64,000 nt of DNA from positions 206,460,001 to 206,524,000 of the forward strand of contig OZ024743.1 in the NCBI GenBank assembly GCA_964016885.1, read 5' to 3'. Below, one piece after another: positions 1 to 11,308 of the stretch. The notes under the pieces were generated by a model that saw only the letters and a program-made list of their open reading frames with translations, ran no database searches and was not told where the DNA came from. This DNA comes from Eledone cirrhosa (lineage: Eukaryota). Both the position numbers and the translations under genes were made by a program. Position 1 is the first letter of the stretch. Each line of letters opens with the position of its first letter.

Positions 1-224
1 ATTCTGTAAGCATTTTATTATTATATTCTCAGAAAAGTAATAATGATGATATTTGTTGGTGACAGTAAAAAAAATGTTTAAATATATATATATAAAAAAA
101 ACAAAACAAGTTAGCAGTAGGCAATATTCGAGGGAAATAACTCTTTCTGCAAATGTGAGAATTAGTTTCCTTTGTTTAAATACGAAAAAAAAATTAAAAA
201 AAGTTTATATTGACTACGGCGGGG

Positions 225-520
225 TCGCAATTATGAGGTTTTTAGTTCGATCCTACTGCTTGGTGTCTTGAAAATTGTATTTACCATATCCTTTGGGTGG
301 ACCCAACCTTTGTGAGGAAAATTTAGGCAGATGGAAACTGCGCAGAATCCCGATGGATGTATTGTGGCTGTAGTTCAAAGGTCCGGCTTGATCACTCACT
401 GTGTCACGCTGGTTCTACGTGGGAATGTTAAATTGCATCTAATTGTCGAATGCTCAGCCATTTACACGCTAGTTCAATGAGTGGCTAGTTTAGTTGATCG
501 ATGAACTGAATACTTTTCAT
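225..520 (+). mobile_element. Degenerate SINE-like repeat fragment(s)
   Basis: B-box-like AGTTCGATCC near 245 followed by CTTTGTGAGG...GGCAGATGGAAACTG, recalled as a common octopus SINE body; heavily diverged. Confidence 0.35.
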
Positions 521-734
521 CTGTTTGCTTACTGCCAGTTGTTTGTCTATCAGCTTATCTGTCTTGTTACTGAGAACTTCCTACATGTCTGTCTGCCTAC
601 TTTATCATTATCATCATCATCTATGGCCCATATTTTTCGACCTCCGCGCGATGGGCCCTGGTAACTGGTCACTGATCCCAGATCTTGATCAGGCGAATGA
701 CAACAACCTGAAATAGTCTCATACGCAATAATAA

Positions 735-1905
735 TTATTATTTCTACTTTTGGCATAAGGCCAACAATTATTCCAGTGCATTACGGGTTCTTTATTTTAT
801 CGAGCCCGTAAGGATGAAAGGCAAAGGTAACCTCGGCGGGATTTGAACTCAGAACGTAAAGGGCCATAATTCTATGTTGGTTTCTGGTTTAGGCACAAGA
901 CCAACAATTTTGGGGTGAGTAAAGTCGAATAAGTCGATCCAAGTGTATTTCTGGTACTTGATTTTATTCACCTCGTAAGGGTGAAAAGCAAAGCTAACCG
1001 TGGCGGAATTTAAACACAGAATGTAAGGAGCAGTAACTCTACCGCAGAGCATGTTGTCAACGCTCCACCAATACCGTCAATCCATATACAATAATAATGA
1101 TAAATGGTTTCTGATTTAGGCACAAAGCCAGCAATTTGAAAGAAAGAAGGGAAAGTCGATTAGACCCCAGTCCATTACTGGTACTCTATTTCATCGACCC
1201 TGTAAGAATGAAAGGCAAAGCTAACTTCGGCGGGATTTGAACTCAGGGCTTAAAGGATCGTAAATCTATGCTGCGAAGCATTTTGTCCAATGCATTATCG
1301 ATACTGCTAATCCATATGCAATAATAATTGTTTCTACTGTAGGCACAAGGCCAGCAATTCACCAGTGCATTACTGGTACTTTATTTTATCGACCCCGTAG
1401 GGATGAAAGGCAAAGTTAACCTTGGCAGGATTTGAACTCAGACCATAAAGGGGCGTAACTCTATGCTACAAAGCATGGCGTCCGACTCTCTACCGATACT
1501 GCCAATCCATAATAATAATTGTTTCTACGTTTCGCACAAGGCCAGCAATTATCCCAGTGCATTACTGGTACTTTATTTTATCGACCCCATAAAGATGAAA
1601 GGCAAAGTTAACCTCGGCGGGAATTGAACTCAGAATGGCAAGGGCCATAACTCTATAAGTCAAAGCATGGCGTCCAACCCTCTACCGATACTGCCAATCC
1701 AATGATTTCTACTATAGGCACAGGGCCAGCAATTTTGGGAGATGGGAAAATCGATTAAATCGACTCCAGTGCATTACTGGTGCTTTATCGATACCGTAAG
1801 GATGAAAAGCAAAGTTAACTTCGGCAGATTTTGAACTCAGAACGTAAATGGCCATAACTCTATGCTGCAAAGAATGGTGTCTGACGCTCTACCAATACTG
1901 CCAAT
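735..1905 (-). mobile_element. Head-to-tail cluster of ~6 copies of a tRNA-derived SINE (family A)
   Basis: Motifs GGCACAAGGCCAGCAATT, TTTTATCGACCCCGTAAGGATGAAAGGCAAAG and GGGATTTGAACTC (reverse B box) recur every ~150-220 bp; same family as the full copy at 18264-18452. Confidence 0.85.
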
Positions 1906-1909
1906 ATTA

Positions 1910-2470
1910 ACCACAAGGGTTGACATAAAGTGTAAAATTAAGGACAGTACAGGACGGTACAAATGGACATTTCTGTGTGTAAACATATACATATAACAAA
2001 AACAAAGTATGTAACAAAAAAAATGAAACAAAAATTTCCCAATAGGGGGTCACTCATGGAGAAAGCCCATTAAAAAAGCCATGGTAACCCTGACCACCAG
2101 GGCAAGTGCCCTCTCCCAGTTTTCCACCTCCAATCTACAGTCGCATACTCAGAGCAGGGCCATTCGCTCAGGCCATGCTCACCTCTCTCACCCATTTTTA
2201 AACAAATTGCTGGGAAGAGAGCACTTCCATTTCCCCCCTGATTTTCCTTTTCAAATAAAATTTGAAAAAGTTAATCAGGGCATCACCAAAAAGATAAGTG
2301 CTCGTCTTCAGCTCTTTCAAATGCACCTACCACACAAACTCTTTCACCATGGCCAACAGACAGATAAAAACTGCCTGCCCTTCTTGGCTAAAGGAAGGCG
2401 GCGGGGAAATCCTCACAATGGACTCAGCTGATAGCCGGATCCGTCCTACACGCGACAGCAGGTGTTTGAC
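1910..2470 (-). mobile_element. L1/Tx1-like non-LTR retrotransposon 3' end, degenerate
   Basis: Minus translation LAMVKEFVW*...FFKFYLKRKIRGEMEVL...KWV resembles Tx1-type ORF2 C-termini; homologous to 12930-13380. Confidence 0.55.
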
Positions 2471-2479
2471 ATAAACCCA

Positions 2480-3040
2480 CAATGTTCGAACACTATTTTA
2501 ATATGGATGATTTAAAGCTATATTGCAAAAACAATTATGAGCTGAAAGGCTTTTGTGGACAGTAAAAACATTAGTGATGACATCAGGATGGAGTTTGGAC
2601 TTGATAAGTGTGCCAAGCTCAGTTGAATTAGATGCTGAAACAGTCATAAAAGAACTTGAGCAGGAACAAACCTGTAAATACTTAAGGATTAATGATGGCT
2701 CTGGTATTCAGCATGCAAGTATGAGAGAGTGGATAAGGAAGGAATGTTACAGTAGAGTACGCGCATTTCTGAGAACTAAATGCTCATAAGGTGTTAGCCA
2801 TAAATTCCTTGGCATTCCTGTTTTCACTTATAGCTTAGGTGTGTTGAACTGGAATATGAGTGAAATTAAAAGAATTGACACCAAAATCTGTAAGTTACTA
2901 ACTTGTAATAGGATGCACCACCCGAAAGCAGATGTGGATCGTCTTTACCTTCATAGAACTCAAGGAGGCTGTGGCCTGATCCAATTTGAACTTACCTACA
3001 AGACCACCACTATTGGACTGGCCAAATACCTTGAACACTT
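2480..3040 (+). pseudogene. Dong/R4-clade non-LTR retrotransposon, RT part (5' piece)
   Basis: NMDDLKLY (YMDD motif) at ~2502, MEFGLDKCAK, HHPKADVDRLYL..GGCGL; frameshifts present. Confidence 0.85.
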
Positions 3041-3189
3041 GAAACAACCCCCTGTTTTCTCCCCCCCCCCCCAAACTTTTTTTTTTGTACATTTGCTAGC
3101 ATTCTACCTTCTTGTGTGTCCCCCTCTATGCACCCCCTTCTTTTCTCTATTGTCTTCTGACGCCTCTATATCTGATGTAGGTGAGCTAT

Positions 3190-4470
3190 GAGGCCCTCTT
3201 ACCAGCACTTTCCCCTCCACCCACACATGCCAGCCACTCACCCCTGATGCCGCTCGGTGCCCCAGTCCCCGGCACCACGCCCCATCCCCCATCCCCCAAG
3301 CCGACACCTGCAGCACTTGCAGCACCACTAACAGATGGAAGAGGGGTCGGAACTGTTTGGGATGCGGCTGCTTCCACCACCTCACCTGTGTTGGCTTGAC
3401 ATGTCGAGCTTCCAGTGCCCTCGCAGCGTGGAGATGCAGGAACTGCCTCTTCCCCTCGTCTGCCCAGCCATGGCCGTCTGGCACACTACCAGATGAGACA
3501 GCGAGCTTACCTGACGCCCAAGCCTCGCTGGTCAACATCGCTCGGCTCAGGCGACTCCGGAAGTTCCCACTCAGGATCCTGAGGGTGGCCCGGGTGCCGG
3601 TAGCTGATGCCCTTGCTTCCTCAATTGAGAACGCCCTGGACTCCACTCGAGCCAGCGACTCTTTTATTTCACTCCACTCGCCCTCGACCTCCCCAGCTCT
3701 GGCGCTGACCGGGGCGGCCGGTCGACAGCAGCCTTCGTCAAGGCCAATGTTTCGTCCTTTGGGCAAGAGCCCATTCCAAGCATGCTTAGGGACGCCACGC
3801 ACCCCACTCTTAGGTATCCCTAATCCTCCACCCCTCAAGCCAGCGCCAAGCGTTTGCGTGACCACGAAAATGCTAAATTAATCACGGGTGATGTCTCGGC
3901 CGCAGTCAGAGTGGTTGCCTCAGAGGACACTGTCTTCGAACCCACCGAGGAGGTCCTGGCTGCCCTGCGACTCAAGCACCCTGAGCCACCCGCTGATCTC
4001 AGACCCATACCCCCACCCGACGCAGACATCATGTCCGGCATCAAGTCCTTCCTAGTTAGAAGCAGCGGAGGTGCTGATGGTCTCTGACCAGGCCACCTCA
4101 AGGAATTGCTATTCCCCCTCTCCGCTGAGGCCGGGCACCACCTTCTGAGTGCAATTGTGGTGCTCACCAATAGGCTCATCCATGGCACCCTGGACCCGCA
4201 TGCCCGAGGCCTCTTTTTTTTCGGCTAGTGCGCTCCATCGCTGTGGGCAATGTCTTCCGGAGGCTGGCTGCCAAGGCGGTCTGCAGGTCCATAAGACCCG
4301 AACTGGGTGAGGAGTTCAGTCCAGTGCAACTAGCTGTGAGGGGGCCGCACATGCAACCAGGCAGTTCTTCAACAGCTGCCCACCGGAACCAGCATCCAGG
4401 GACTCCAGGCACCTCATTGTCAAGCTTGACATGAGGAATGCCTTCAACTGCTTACGCCGGGACCATCGCG
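3190..4470 (+). pseudogene. CRE-like non-LTR retrotransposon fragment with N-terminal PHD finger, inserted in the Dong/R4 element
   Basis: GC-rich block; C4HC3 motif at 3309-3446; RT motifs SSGGADGL, RSIAVGNVFRRLAAK, SPVQL, IVKLDMRNAFN; frameshifted and deleted. Confidence 0.75.
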
Positions 4471-4619
4471 TATCATTTGATATTTAAGTATGGTCAATAA
4501 AGAATATGTGCCAATAGTGGTTGGATTTCGGGTACTTTTGCATGTCAGGTACTTTTGCATGTCGTTTGAGCCCTCCAATTATTATATCATGTCTTTCAGT
4601 TTTAATATATATATATATA

Positions 4620-5555
4620 GTCTAACAAACGACTGTATGCTGAAACTTGTTGAAAAACATAAGAGAAGTAAGAAGCTTCATTCTATCTTGAAGGAGAGCA
4701 AAAAATATGCTACTGATCTCATGCTTGAGACCTAGGTTGGACAGACTAAGGAAACTGTTGCAATTGATGCTGCTAAGCACATAAAATTAATGGTAAAAGC
4801 AAAAGGGCAAGAGCAATTAGCATCAAAGTAGGAGCAGAAACCTCTGCATGGCAAATATGTGGCCTGTAGAAAACTGATGTTGCCCAAAAGCACACCCATC
4901 AGTGATTATGTAGTGCATGGCTAAAAGCAGAGAGCAAAGGCTTCATCTTAGCTGCCCAATATCAAAGCTTACTGACACGGGATTACCAGGCTAATGTAAT
5001 GAGAAATGGAGTAAATCCAAAGTGCCGATTCTGCAATGTTGAGGTTGAAATAGTGGACCATCTAGTTTCTGGATGTAAACTTTTAGCACCAGTAGAGTAC
5101 AAATATAAACATGACAGAGTTGGCCACACTGGGGAATGTGTTGGCATTATAAAATCAAAACTGCTGACAAGTACAAACAATCATCACCCTGAGGTTGTAA
5201 CTGAAGGATTAAAAGTAACAATTCTTTGGGACTTTCCTGTACATAATGACCGGACCATAAAAGTTAATAGACCAGATATCATTGTAAAAGACCAACATAG
5301 CAATGGTCTGTTTATTGATTGATATGAACATCCCATGTGATCACAATATTGCAGCAAAAGAATTTGACAAGCTAAGAAAATATAAAGATCTGCTCATTGA
5401 AATCGCAAAAATGTGGCACATCAAGGTCATTATAATACGAATGATTGTGTGAGCACTGGGAATGATCAAGAAAGGAATAAAACAGTATTTGAGAGGTGCA
5501 AAAAATTGTTTTGACTGGTACTGCACACGTATTGAGAAGAGCACTATCCCTGAAT
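4620..5555 (+). pseudogene. Dong/R4-clade element 3' piece with CCHC knuckle and restriction-like endonuclease
   Basis: KPLHGKY, KCRFC...DHLVSGC, ILWDFPVHNDRTIKVNRPDIIV, KEFDKLRKYKDL, VLTGTAHVLRRAL; continues the protein broken at ~3040. Confidence 0.9.
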
Positions 5556-5634
5556 GATATTCCTCCATGTATCTATGTGTGGACGAGTGTGTGTGTGTGC
5601 ATGGATATCTTTTATTTATATGTATGTATATGTA

Positions 5635-5780
5635 TATCATCAACATCATCATTGTTTAACGTCCATCATCCATGCTAGCATGGGTTAGATGGTTTTATTC
5701 CATTTGATGCGGAATTGGTGGGGAGACCGTGTCTTGGTCGTATGGAAGTGTCTCTGGCAGGTTTTTCTACGGCTGGATGG
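5635..5780 (-). mobile_element. SINE family B fragment with (GAT)n tail
   Basis: CATCATCAT...TTTAACGTCC...CCATGCTAGCATGGGTT...TTTCTACGGCTGGATG shared with copies at 6291 and 14929. Confidence 0.7.
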
Positions 5781-5925
5781 TGGAGGCACATGGCTTAGTG
5801 GTTAGAGCATTGGCCTTGCAATCAAAAGGTTGTGAGTTCAATTCTCAGACCGGGTGATGTGTTGTTTCCTTGAGTAAGACACTTTATTTCACATTGCTCC
5901 AGTTTACTCAGCTGTAGAAATGAGA
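5781..5925 (+). mobile_element. tRNA-derived SINE (family C)
   Basis: A box TGGCTTAGTGG, B box GAGTTCAATTC, then CCTTGAGTAAGACACTT...CTCAGCTG central domain. Confidence 0.75.
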
Positions 5926-5969
5926 TAATAGGGACTGAGGTCCATATCATTCTACTGCAAAGTGGTCGT

Positions 5970-6103
5970 GGAGGTGCCACGGCAAAAAAGCACCCAGCAC
6001 TCATTGTAAATGAGGGTGGTGTTAGGAAGGGCATCCAGCTGTAGAAATCAAGCCAGAATCAGTTCCCGTCCCACCCTTGCAAGCAGGGAAACGTGGACGT
6101 AAA

Positions 6104-6135
<32 letters not shown>
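5970..6135 (+). mobile_element. SINE family B copy ending in (GAT)n
   Basis: GTTAGGAAGGGCATCCAGCTGTAGAAA...GGACGTAAAATGATGATG. Confidence 0.75.
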
Positions 6136-6136
<1 letters not shown>

Positions 6137-6289
6137 CCCTTCCTAACACCAACCACATTTACACTGTGGACTGAGGGCCTTTTTACCGTGTCTTCTACAC
6201 GAGTATTTTACAGTGTGGACTGGGTGCTTTTTGTTGTGTCTCTGACACAGTGGATGGGGTAGGGTGAGTGGGGTGGGGTATATATATTT

Positions 6290-6290
<1 letters not shown>

Positions 6291-6323
<33 letters not shown>

Positions 6324-6540
6324 CCGTTTTACGTCCGTTCTTCCATGCTAGCATGGGTTAGACGGGTTGTCCTGTTGTGGACAGTGTCTGGTCGGCTGAC
6401 CATGCCTTGCTCATGCAGGAACTGATCTGGCTTGATTTCTACAGCTGGATGCCCTTCCTAACACCAACCTCATTTACAGTGAGTGCTGGGTGCTTTTTCG
6501 TGGCGCCTACACGTCCACTTTACAGTGTGGGCTGGGTGCT
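6291..6540 (-). mobile_element. SINE family B copy
   Basis: (CAT)n then near-exact reverse complement of 13385-13613. Confidence 0.8.
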
Positions 6541-6713
6541 ATTTATATATATAAAATTCTTTGTCTGTCTGTTCCTATGCATTCTTAAACTGCTGGACCA
6601 TCAAATCAAATTTTACAAAGTAATATTATTAGACCCCGGGAATGTCAACATATAATTTTTATTTTCACATGTGTGTAGTAGTGGCACCCACACATTATTA
6701 GCTATTTGAAAAG

Positions 6714-9570
6714 ATGATGGATTTCGCAACTAACTGCACCAGGGTTCCTGTTCCTCAGGGAACCACACTATATGGTATACCTGTTGATATAGGTCCAGCC
6801 CCTGCTTTCCCGGATCCTGTTTCTGATCATAATGCACCTACAAAGGCATCGAATGATGATGAATCCTCAAATCTCAAGGGACGGGGTTCATCTGATGGAG
6901 AAGAAACAGGTCCTAACCAAACAACAAGCAAATCTCGCTTGGCTAGCTGTAAAAAGCAAATAATAGTTAGCTCCTTGAACACCAGAACCCTCCTTCCAAC
7001 AGGTAGACTCCAGGAGCTGGCAGAGAATGCCAAACTTCAGAACATTGACATCCTTGCGGTCCAAGAACACCGCTTTTTCCACCCAAAGGATGATCTCAAG
7101 TATCACACCCTAGGATCCTACCAACTTGTCACCTCTTCAGCCACCAAGAACCCTGTCAATGCCTCCGTCGGAGGAGTCGGCTGCCTTCTCTCATCTAAAG
7201 CCAGCAATAATCTTCTGGGGATTGAAACAATCTCTCCCAGAATCTTGGTGCTTACACTAGAGGGCAATCCTAGAACCACTGCGATATGTGTATACAGTCC
7301 TCATAACGCCTCTCCTGAGGATGAGGTAAGAGAATTCTACACGACCCTCCGCACAGTTGTTGAGCAAGTACCCTTACACAACTTTCTTATCATCGCTGGA
7401 GACCTCAACGCTCAACTTGGCCTGGATGAAGTAAAGTTCACATACAATAGGGTTACTAACCGAAACGGGGAATATCTCAAGGACTTCATGGAAGAATTCA
7501 GTCTATTCAGCTCAAACAACAGCTTCATGAAGACCAGAGGCCAGCTTTGGACCTTCGAATACCGAAACCAAAAACGAGCTCAGATTGACTATTTGATATT
7601 TCGCAAGAAATGGAGAAACTCAATCAAAGATTCTAGATCTTATTCCTCCTTTAGCTCTGTCGGCTCAGATCATCGAGTCATCTCGGCAACAATCAAACTT
7701 AGTCTCAGGATATCCAAGAGGGCCGAACCTCATCCCATGAAAAGAATAGACTGGAAAGCCGTTTCTTCCAACAAACAACTATCCAATAGCTTCACGCTTC
7801 AAGTCTATAACAGATTTCAATCTCTCTCAACTTCTGACATCAATGACGATAATATTGAGGATGTGTATGACTGTCTTAAGCAATCAACAAAGGAAGTTGC
7901 ACTTGCCACCCTACCTAAAAAGAAAAGCCGAAGCCAAATGAAACCTAGTGCCTCAGAGAAGGTAGTTGAGGCAAGGGCCCATCTTAGGTCAATATCTCAA
8001 TCTCACCATCAATCACCATCTCAAGGGAAAAAGATACAGCTTATCATGGCCAAAAAATCACTAGACGACGCTTATCTTAATGCTGAAGCCGACTATATCT
8101 CAGGTAGGATTGATCAGCTATCGCAACATCACATCAGCAAACACCATCATCTTGCTTGGAAGGTTGTCAAAGATCTTTCAGGCAAAAACTCAAACTCTGC
8201 AGTTAGAATCAAAGGAGGCTCTGCCAAAAAACGTCTTGAAAATTGGTCTGCTCATTTTAAAAACGTCTTGAAAATTGGTCTGCTCATTTTAAAAACCTTC
8301 TAGGGAAAAAGGCCAGACTCCCTGATAACTATCAACTGCCATCCGTTCAGGTTTCAGAGCCTTTAGGAATCAACACCTCTACTTTCACCATGCCTGAGCT
8401 CAAAGAAGCCATCAAACAGCTCAAAGCCTCAAAAGCCTTTGGGCCGGATAATATACCTACCCTGATTTGGAAGGATGAGCATTTCCACATCCTTTTGCTC
8501 AACTTATGTAACCATACTTTCGAGACCACCTAGCGTCTGGCATGCAGCTCAAATTATCCCCATGCCCAAAAAAGGAGATCTTTCTTTAGCCACCAACTAT
8601 AGAGGAATTTCTCTCATGGCAATTGCTGCAAAAATATACAAGCTTCTTCTTAACTGCTTAATCCCATTTCTTGAACCAATCCTTCGAAACAACCAGAATG
8701 GATTTAGGAGAGGTAGATCAACACTTAGCCAGATTCTCTGCCTTCGCCGACTTATAGAGGAGTCCCAAAACCGCAATCTAGACCTTGCACTCATCTTTGT
8801 TGATTTTTCAAAAGCCTTCGACTCAGTTGACAGGTCGGGGATGTTTGAAATTCTACAACTCTATGGGATTCCTGATAAAATCATCGCGGCCATACGTGTA
8901 ATGTATACAGATACCAAATCAACTGTCCTGACCCCAGATGGGGAAACACCACCTTTCTCAATCCTCGCTGGAATTTTACAGGGCGATACCCTTGCTCCGT
9001 ATCTATTTATCATTGTTGTGGATTATGTTTTGCGCATGTCTGTGGATAGGATTCAGGATAGGGGATACCAACTACAGCCTAGAAGCTCACACTACCCAGC
9101 AAAATACTTGACCGACACCGACTTTGCTGACGACATCGCATTGATCAGTCAGTCACTGGAAAATGCTGAGAGTCTTTTGAAGTCATTAGAGCAAGCGTCC
9201 AACTGTGTTGGACTGTATCTCAACGAATCCAAGACTGAGTATGTGAACAGATGCGCAAACAGCCCAAACTACCCCATCAGAACCCTTAATGGTACCACCC
9301 TTAAGCAGGTGGAAGATTACAAGTATCTTGCCTCATATATCTCCTCCTCCAAAAAAGATTTTCTAACCAGGAAGGGTATGGCATGGTCAGCGTGCAATGA
9401 CATGCACGCCATATGGACATCTCAACTTACCAACAAGCTAAAACTGTAAATATTCCAAGCAACCATTAAGCCCATTAAGCTGTCATTCCCTGACGTTATC
9501 TCTAGGGATACGGGAATCAGTAGACAGGACCTGGGAGCAGCGATGGGGGACAGGGAATTCTGGGGCATGC
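6714..9570 (+). pseudogene. RTE-type LINE, near full length (APE + RT), disrupted
   Basis: APE motifs LAVQEHR, AGDLNA, QIDY, SDH; RT motifs NYRGISL, QNGFRRGRST, FVDFSKAFDS, GILQGDTLAP, DFADD; frameshifts at ~8259 (32-bp duplication) and ~8520, stop at 9447-9449, internal deletion near 9475. Confidence 0.95.
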
Positions 9571-10385
9571 TCAGAATGCGGATGTAGCCATCGGTGTTCA
9601 GCTTGAGGCCCTCAGGGAAGAAATGAGGTGGTATGACGTCACCTTGACTGCTGACAACACCTAAGACCAATGTTGTCGCTGGAAACTTTGTCTGCATGAC
9701 TCAGGGCACATCTTTGGATGAGACAACGAGTCACCTGTTGTTCTGGGAGTTGATCTTCTGGTCTTGGCAGAAGTTTTTCTCGTCGGAGAAAAACCACAGC
9801 ATGTCTGGCTCCTGTGGGTGTTTTAACTTGTTGATCAGCTTCTTTGCGTGCTTCAGTCGCTTTTCTTGCATCGCCTTTGACAGAAATTGTCCTTTCCTCA
9901 TCTTGTATGAAATGTAGCGAATGTCTTCATGTACCACCAGCCTAATGAGCTTTTCATCCACGCCTTTCTCCCTTGCAATGGCATGCATCGACTTGCTAGG
10001 TTCATTGTTGATGATATCCTGAACTTCAGCGACGAACTCGGGCGTTCTGAAGGCGTCAGATCATCGATCGTGTGTTTTCCTCTCTGATGTTGCTTCGTAG
10101 TCAAATCCTGAATCTTCCAATTCCTTTCTGACCTTTTCCACCATTCTCCTGCTGACGCTGAGAAAGTCTGAAATTTCCTTATTTGTCCTCCCGGCGCGGA
10201 TTCCAAGAAGAACTCTGTGTCTCTTCCACAAATTTGGAGGTTCAAAATTATTCATAATCAATTATTCTGAAAATAAATAATGGAAATATAGTCACTGTTT
10301 TTATGAAGACAAGAGTGACAATGGAAGTAAAAATATTTTGCATAAAATTAGCAGTTGAAAATTGTGAACAAATATCATCCACACC

Positions 10386-10388
<3 letters not shown>
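9571..10388 (-). mobile_element. Tc1/mariner transposon, probably DD37D/maT-like, 3'-truncated and frameshifted
   Basis: HTH-like N-terminus, WFFSDEKNF, TKFPATTLVLGVVS, PPHFFPEG; terminus CAGGGTGTGGATG on minus strand at 10388 next to TA. Confidence 0.85.
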
Positions 10389-10446
<58 letters not shown>

Positions 10447-10470
10447 TGTGTGTGTGTATATATATATATA
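10389..10470. repeat. (TA)n/(TG)n microsatellite
   Basis: Direct reading. Confidence 0.95.
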
Positions 10471-10552
10471 CAATTAAAAGGACAAGTTAAAAACTTACAA
10501 TCATCCCCCATAATTTAATGAGCTCAAGGAACAGATTCCAGGCTTTTTATAG

Positions 10553-10801
10553 ATCAGCATATAGAGAGAAATACACATAGATATATGTGTTTAATCATAG
10601 GGGGTATAAAACCACCAATGTGACAAACATATTAACTATGGATGGAATAGTGAATACAAATTAATTAAAAGAATAAATCAAGGTGTACTAACTATCTAAT
10701 TATAACTAACACCATTCCATCCGTAATTAATATGTTCGTCACACTGATGGTTTTATATCCCCTATGATTAAACACATGTGTATTTCTCTATATATGCTGA
10801 T
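10553..10801. mobile_element. MITE-like foldback element (~92-100 bp inverted arms, ~57 bp spacer)
   Basis: 10553-10652 is the imperfect reverse complement of 10710-10801 (ATCAGCATATA...GGATGGAAT / ATTCCATCC...TATATGCTGAT). Confidence 0.75.
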
Positions 10802-10844
10802 ATATATATATATATTAAACTGTAAATATAATCAATATGGTGTG

Positions 10845-10894
10845 ATAACTTTTCTGGCTTTACAGTGAACTCACTGTAAAGCCAGAAAAGTTAT
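10845..10894. repeat. Perfect 24-bp inverted repeat, 2-nt spacer
   Basis: ATAACTTTTCTGGCTTTACAGTGA-AC-TCACTGTAAAGCCAGAAAAGTTAT. Confidence 0.95.
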
Positions 10895-10998
10895 TTGCCC
10901 TATATAATCTAATTTAGCTTTGAATTATTCTTTGTCATATATGAGTGCATTATCAACCCATCTAATCTACCTTACACACACACACACACACACATATA

Positions 10999-11039
<41 letters not shown>

Positions 11040-11164
11040 CTTGGAAAGGATTGGAACCATGAGTGCATATGAATTTTCATAAAATTATAGGAATCTATAG
11101 GAGTAGCTGTAAACAGCTGGTTGTTATGTGCATAGCAAAATGTCAGGTTAAAATATAACCTCAT

Positions 11165-11308
11165 AATTGTTTCTACGTTAGGCACAAGGCCAGCAAATTA
11201 CCCAGTGCATTACTGGTACTTTATTTTATCGACCCCGTAAGGATGGAAGGCAAAGTCAACCTCGGCGGGATTTGAACTCAGATCGTAAAGGGACGTAACT
11301 ATGCTGGA
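11165..11308 (-). mobile_element. SINE family A, 5'-truncated
   Basis: Same body and B box as 18264-18452. Confidence 0.85.

Noticed and set aside
3104-3865. 253-aa minus-strand protein
   Set aside because: Antisense shadow of the GC-rich CRE-like coding strand; no motifs
9422-9697. RT-transposase fusion gene
   Set aside because: The LINE and mariner are on opposite strands and both are broken; simple junction
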